A stretch of DNA of 64,000 nucleotides, from positions 4,216,001 through 4,280,000 of the forward strand of contig JBHGNT010000022.1 in assembly GCA_043228905.1 (NCBI GenBank), given 5' to 3'. This DNA comes from Azolla caroliniana. Its lineage: Eukaryota > Plantae > Polypodiophyta. The first letter of the stretch is position 1; each line of letters opens with the position of its first letter. This document shows positions 60,235 through 64,000 of the stretch, in pieces. The notes under the pieces were generated by a model. The model was given only the letters and a program-made list of their open reading frames with translations, had not been told where the DNA came from and searched no databases. Position numbers and translations under genes: made by a program.

Positions 60235-60995
60235 CGCCACTCTACACTGAGGGGCTGCTACTGTGCGTTCCAAGCATCATCAAAGAGCTGCTCAATCTGA
60301 CGGGGTTCTCTTCTCTGTGACACTCTACACTCAGGGGCCACTATTGTGCATTCCAAGCATCATCAAAGAGCTGTTCAATCTAACGGGGTTCTCTTCTCTG
60401 TGCCACTCTACACTCAGGGGCCATTACTGTGCGTTCCAAGCATCATCAAAGAGTTGTTCAATCTGACGGGGTTCTCTTCTCTTTGCCACTCTACACTCAG
60501 GGGTTGCTACTGTGCGTTCCAAGCATAATCGAAGAGCTATTCAATCTGACGGGGTTCTCTTCTCTTTTCCACTCTCACTCAGGGGCCGCTACTGTGCGTT
60601 TCAAGCATCATTGGTAACTGTTCAATCTGACGGGGTTCTCTTCTCTTTTCCACTCTCACTCAGGGGCCGCTACTGTGCGTTTCAAGCATCATTGGTAACT
60701 GTTCAATCTGACGGGGTTCTCTTCTCTTTTCCACTCTCACTCAGGGGCCGCTACTGTGCGTTTCAAGCATCATTGGTAACTGTTCAATCTGACGGGGTTC
60801 TCTTCTCTATGCCACTCTATTCTCAAGTGCCTTCTATGTGCGTTTCAAGCATCATCGGTAACTGTTCAATCTGACGGGGTTCTCTCCTCCATTGCCATCA
60901 TTCTATACTCAGTTGCCACTACTGTCCAGTCCCGGATTGCTTCCACATTTCGATTTGACGGAGTTCACTCATCCAACGGCAACATTCTACACTCA
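60235..60995. repeat. Tandem repeat, ~9 units of 83/81 bp
   Basis: Unit ~CCACTCTACACTCAGGGGCCRCTACTGTGCGTTYCAAGCATCAT...CTGTTCAATCTGACGGGGTTCTCTTCTCT. Confidence 0.95.
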
Positions 60996-61220
60996 GTTGT
61001 TGCCATTGGTCGGTCTTGGATCGCCTCCTCAACTGTTGGATCCAACAGAGTGAAATCCTCTACTGTTCGGTCTTGGATTGCAATAACTTTTCTGTCTATT
61101 GATTATCTTGTGTATTGTTGTGTCTAATCTTGTGTATTGTGTGGAATATTTTTGTGTATTGTTGTTGCCCATAGCCATCTTTAATACTTGTTTTTTTTTC
61201 TGGAAATTTAGGGTTTTAAC

Positions 61221-64000
61221 ATGTCTAGCCAAATGGAAGGGGAAGAAGGGTGTTTAGAATTACCCCTCAATGATCATAAGGATAGGGATGATGTTATCAG
61301 GACACAACAAGCCATACGAAACTATTGGGCAGAAAAAAAAAGGAAACATCGTCAATTGTTGAAGGATACGAAAGCCACACTCAGTAAAGGTAAGGATAGT
61401 TTAGATGAGAATGTAAGTAATGCGACTACCATCATAGAGAGAAAGGTTGTAGACTATTTCAATGTTCAAACCAAGCACATCAGCAATGAAGAAAAGAAGG
61501 TAGTACTTTATGGAATATGTAATGATCCATCGATAAAGGACTTAGTTGATTGTGATGGTCTTAATGCAAACATATCATCTATTTTAGTAAATAATCTTCG
61601 TAATAGTTTCGTATCCATGAGCAGGTCAGAAGATGATCTTGTCTTAAAAAGGTCTAGTCTAATGATGTTACTTAATAGTGATGTTGACGATATAAACATC
61701 AGTGAGCTATCTAAGGTAATTGGTGTTAGTAGAAAAACAGTGTACAATACAATGAACCGTATAATTTCCTCGGGTGAAGGAACTAGTCTACTAAAGCTAA
61801 CTACAAGATGTAAGCCAATGACACCCATAACATTTGAAATCAAGGATGTAATCACAATGTTTTGGACTAATGAGAGTAGGGTTTCACCCAATAAAAAGGA
61901 TTTATGCAGGAAACGTGTTGGAAGAAATCAATACGAGGAGCATCCCATTCATCTTCTTGATGTACCTCAGGTATTTACATTTATCTCAACATTTGTTTTG
62001 ACTCTACTCGGAAAGTTAATTAGCTCAGTTAGCAGAAAAGCTAATTAGCTTATCAGTTACATTTACCTCAGTTAGCTACTAGGATCGCTACTACATAGGT
62101 AACTAGCTACTCTCAATAGTTACTACCATGATAGCTAATTAGCTATTCTCAATAGCTAATTTAGGTACTACCAGATAATTAGCTGTACTGCTAGCTAGTT
62201 AGCTATCATGGTAGCTAGTTAGCTATTTCGTTATTACCAGCTAATTAGCTACTAGGAAAGCTAATTAGCTACCATGATAGCTAATTAGCTACTATGATAG
62301 CTACTACATAGGTAACTGGCTACTCTCAATAGCTACTACCATGATAGCTAATTAGTTAGGATAGCTAATTAGCCACCATTATAGCTAATTAGCTACTAGA
62401 CCAGCTAATTAGCTACCATGATAGCTAATTAGTTACTAGGACAGCTAATTAGCCACCGTGATAGCTAATTAGCTACCATGATAGCTAATTAGCTACTATA
62501 CCAGCTAATTAGCTACCATGATAGCTAATTAGTTACTAGGAAAGCTAATCAGCCACCATTATAGCTAATTAGCTACTAGACTAGCTAATTAGCTACCACG
62601 ATAGCTAATTAGCTTCTAGACCAGCTAATTAGCTACCATGATAGCTAATTAGTTACTAGGAAAGCTAATTAGCCACCATGATAGCTAATTAGCTAGTAGA
62701 CAAGCTAATTAGCCACCATGATAGCTAATTAGCTACTAGGACAACTAATTAGCTACCATGATAGCTAATTAGCTACTACGACAGCTAATTAGCTACCATG
62801 ATAGCTAATTAGCTACTAGAATAGCTAATTAGCTACTAGAATAGCTAATTAGCTACCATGATAGCTAATTAGCTACTACGACAGCTAATTAGCTACCATG
62901 ATAGCTAATTAGCTACTACGACAGCTAATTAGCTACCATGATAGCTAATTAGCTACTAGAATAGCTAATTAGCTACTAGAATAGCTAATTAGCTACCATG
63001 ATAGCTAATTAGCTACTACGACAGCTAATTAGCTACCATGATAGCTAATTAGCTACTACGACAGCTAATTAGCTACCATGATAGCTAATTAGCTACTAGA
63101 ATAGCTAATTAGCTACCATGATAGCTAATTAGCTACTACGACAGCTAATTAGCTACTACGACAGCTAATTAGCTACCATGATAGCTAATTAGCTACTACG
63201 ACAGCTAATTAGGTACCATGATAGCTAATTAGCTACTAGAATAGCTAATTAGCTACCATGATAGCTAATTAGCTACTAGAATAGCTAACTAGCTACTAGA
63301 ATAGCTAACTAGCTACTAGAATAGCTAATTAGCTACTAGGATAGTTAGCTAGTTACGAGAATAACTAATTCCCCTTTATTACGCAGGTCGATTTATTTAT
63401 TAGGTTCAAACGAATGCATCCAACTATCAAAGTTCAACTACGAACATTCGAGTCTCTTAAGCCACACTTTGTGAGACGCTTAAAGGATCGATACACATGT
63501 TGTTGCATTTACCATGTACAGATGGGTTTTCTGAAGGACTCTGTTAATCTACTACGTCACCATAGCGCATCCCTAACTAATACAGTTTGCACATGTGGGT
63601 GCCAAATCTGTCGATCAAGCCCACAAGAGGAGTGTAAATCATCTGAGCACGTTATCTCTTCCATGAGTTATTTATTAGATTCAATATTGTGTCCGAGAGA
63701 ATCTGACGCTATCTTCCATATTCATAAATGTGTCATGGGTTTATGTCAAGATTGTGGCCCTACTAGATTTAGGTGGTGTCCAAATGAATTGAGTAGTGAA
63801 ATATTGATCTCTGTGAAGTTATTTGAGTCAGTGAACACCAATTTCGAAGGAAAGGTGTGTAAAAGAAAGGATCTAGTTCGGAAGATGCTTAAACCAAGGG
63901 ATTTGGTGTCTCTGTTTGTAGTATCTCTAGGAAAGTTCATTAAACACAACTTCATTTATTCATGGCAGGCCCATCAGTTTAAGACTTGCATATCTGATTT
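61221..64000 (+). CDS. Spliced transposase-like gene: exon 61221-61970, intron 61971-63386, exon 63387->64000
   Basis: CAG|GTATTT donor at phase 0 and GCAG| acceptor; exon 2 stays open to the window end: VDLFIRFKRMHPTIKVQLRTFESLKPHFVRRLKDRYTCCCIYH...CVMGLCQDCG...FIKHNFIYSWQAHQF; HTH-like ISELSKVIGVSRKTVYN in exon 1. Confidence 0.75.
62030..63360. repeat. 20-bp-period minisatellite of the palindrome TAGCTAATTAGCTA with 6-bp spacers
   Basis: Units such as ATAGCTAATTAGCTACCATG and ATAGCTAATTAGCTACTAGA; >50 copies in register. Confidence 0.97.

Larger units (their letters stand above)
59883..64000 (+). mobile_element. Element H: probable Sola2-like DNA transposon; left end approximate, extends past the window
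   Basis: Abrupt compositional switch after the G integrase stop; terminal-region hairpin and tandem repeats; spliced Cys-rich transposase-like gene. Confidence 0.6.

Noticed and set aside
62030-63360. CRISPR array
   Set aside because: Repeats are 14 bp with 6-bp recurring spacers, there are no cas genes, and the context is a eukaryotic intron

Overview
This window is eukaryotic, repeat-dominated land-plant DNA; the element types and (GA)n/(CATA)n microsatellites suggest a seed-free plant such as a fern, lycophyte or bryophyte (inference). No intact host gene is evident. 1-2.7 kb holds a Ty3/Gypsy 5' end with a tRNA-Trp PBS beside a decayed Tcn1-like chromovirus. 2.7-15.3 kb is AT-rich decayed DNA with LINE-like tails, microsatellites and a solo-LTR-like piece. 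15.3-64 kb is a nest of transposons; five of them have recoverable 5-bp TSDs. An L1-type ORF1 remnant was hit by chromovirus A (15517-52554, TSD ATAGT). A was hit by two related non-chromoviral Ty3/Gypsy elements, B (17283-27176, -, TSD GAGGT) and C (29811-45147, +, TSD ATAAC), and by Copia E (46148-50938, -, TSD CAATG). C was hit by an intact Copia D (37376-42906, -, TSD GAGGA). Further right, Copia F is interrupted by G, a third B/C-family copy, which is followed by a Sola2-like DNA transposon whose intron is an array of 14-bp palindromes. The most striking observation is that the B/C family has no polypurine tract. In its place, 2 nt before the 3' LTR, is a tRNA-Arg(UCU)-like 3' end finishing in CCA, i.e. 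a second, inverted primer-binding site, suggesting that both DNA strands are tRNA-primed. The family also carries a ~880-aa non-env accessory ORF. tRNA identities and lineage names are from memory and need database confirmation.
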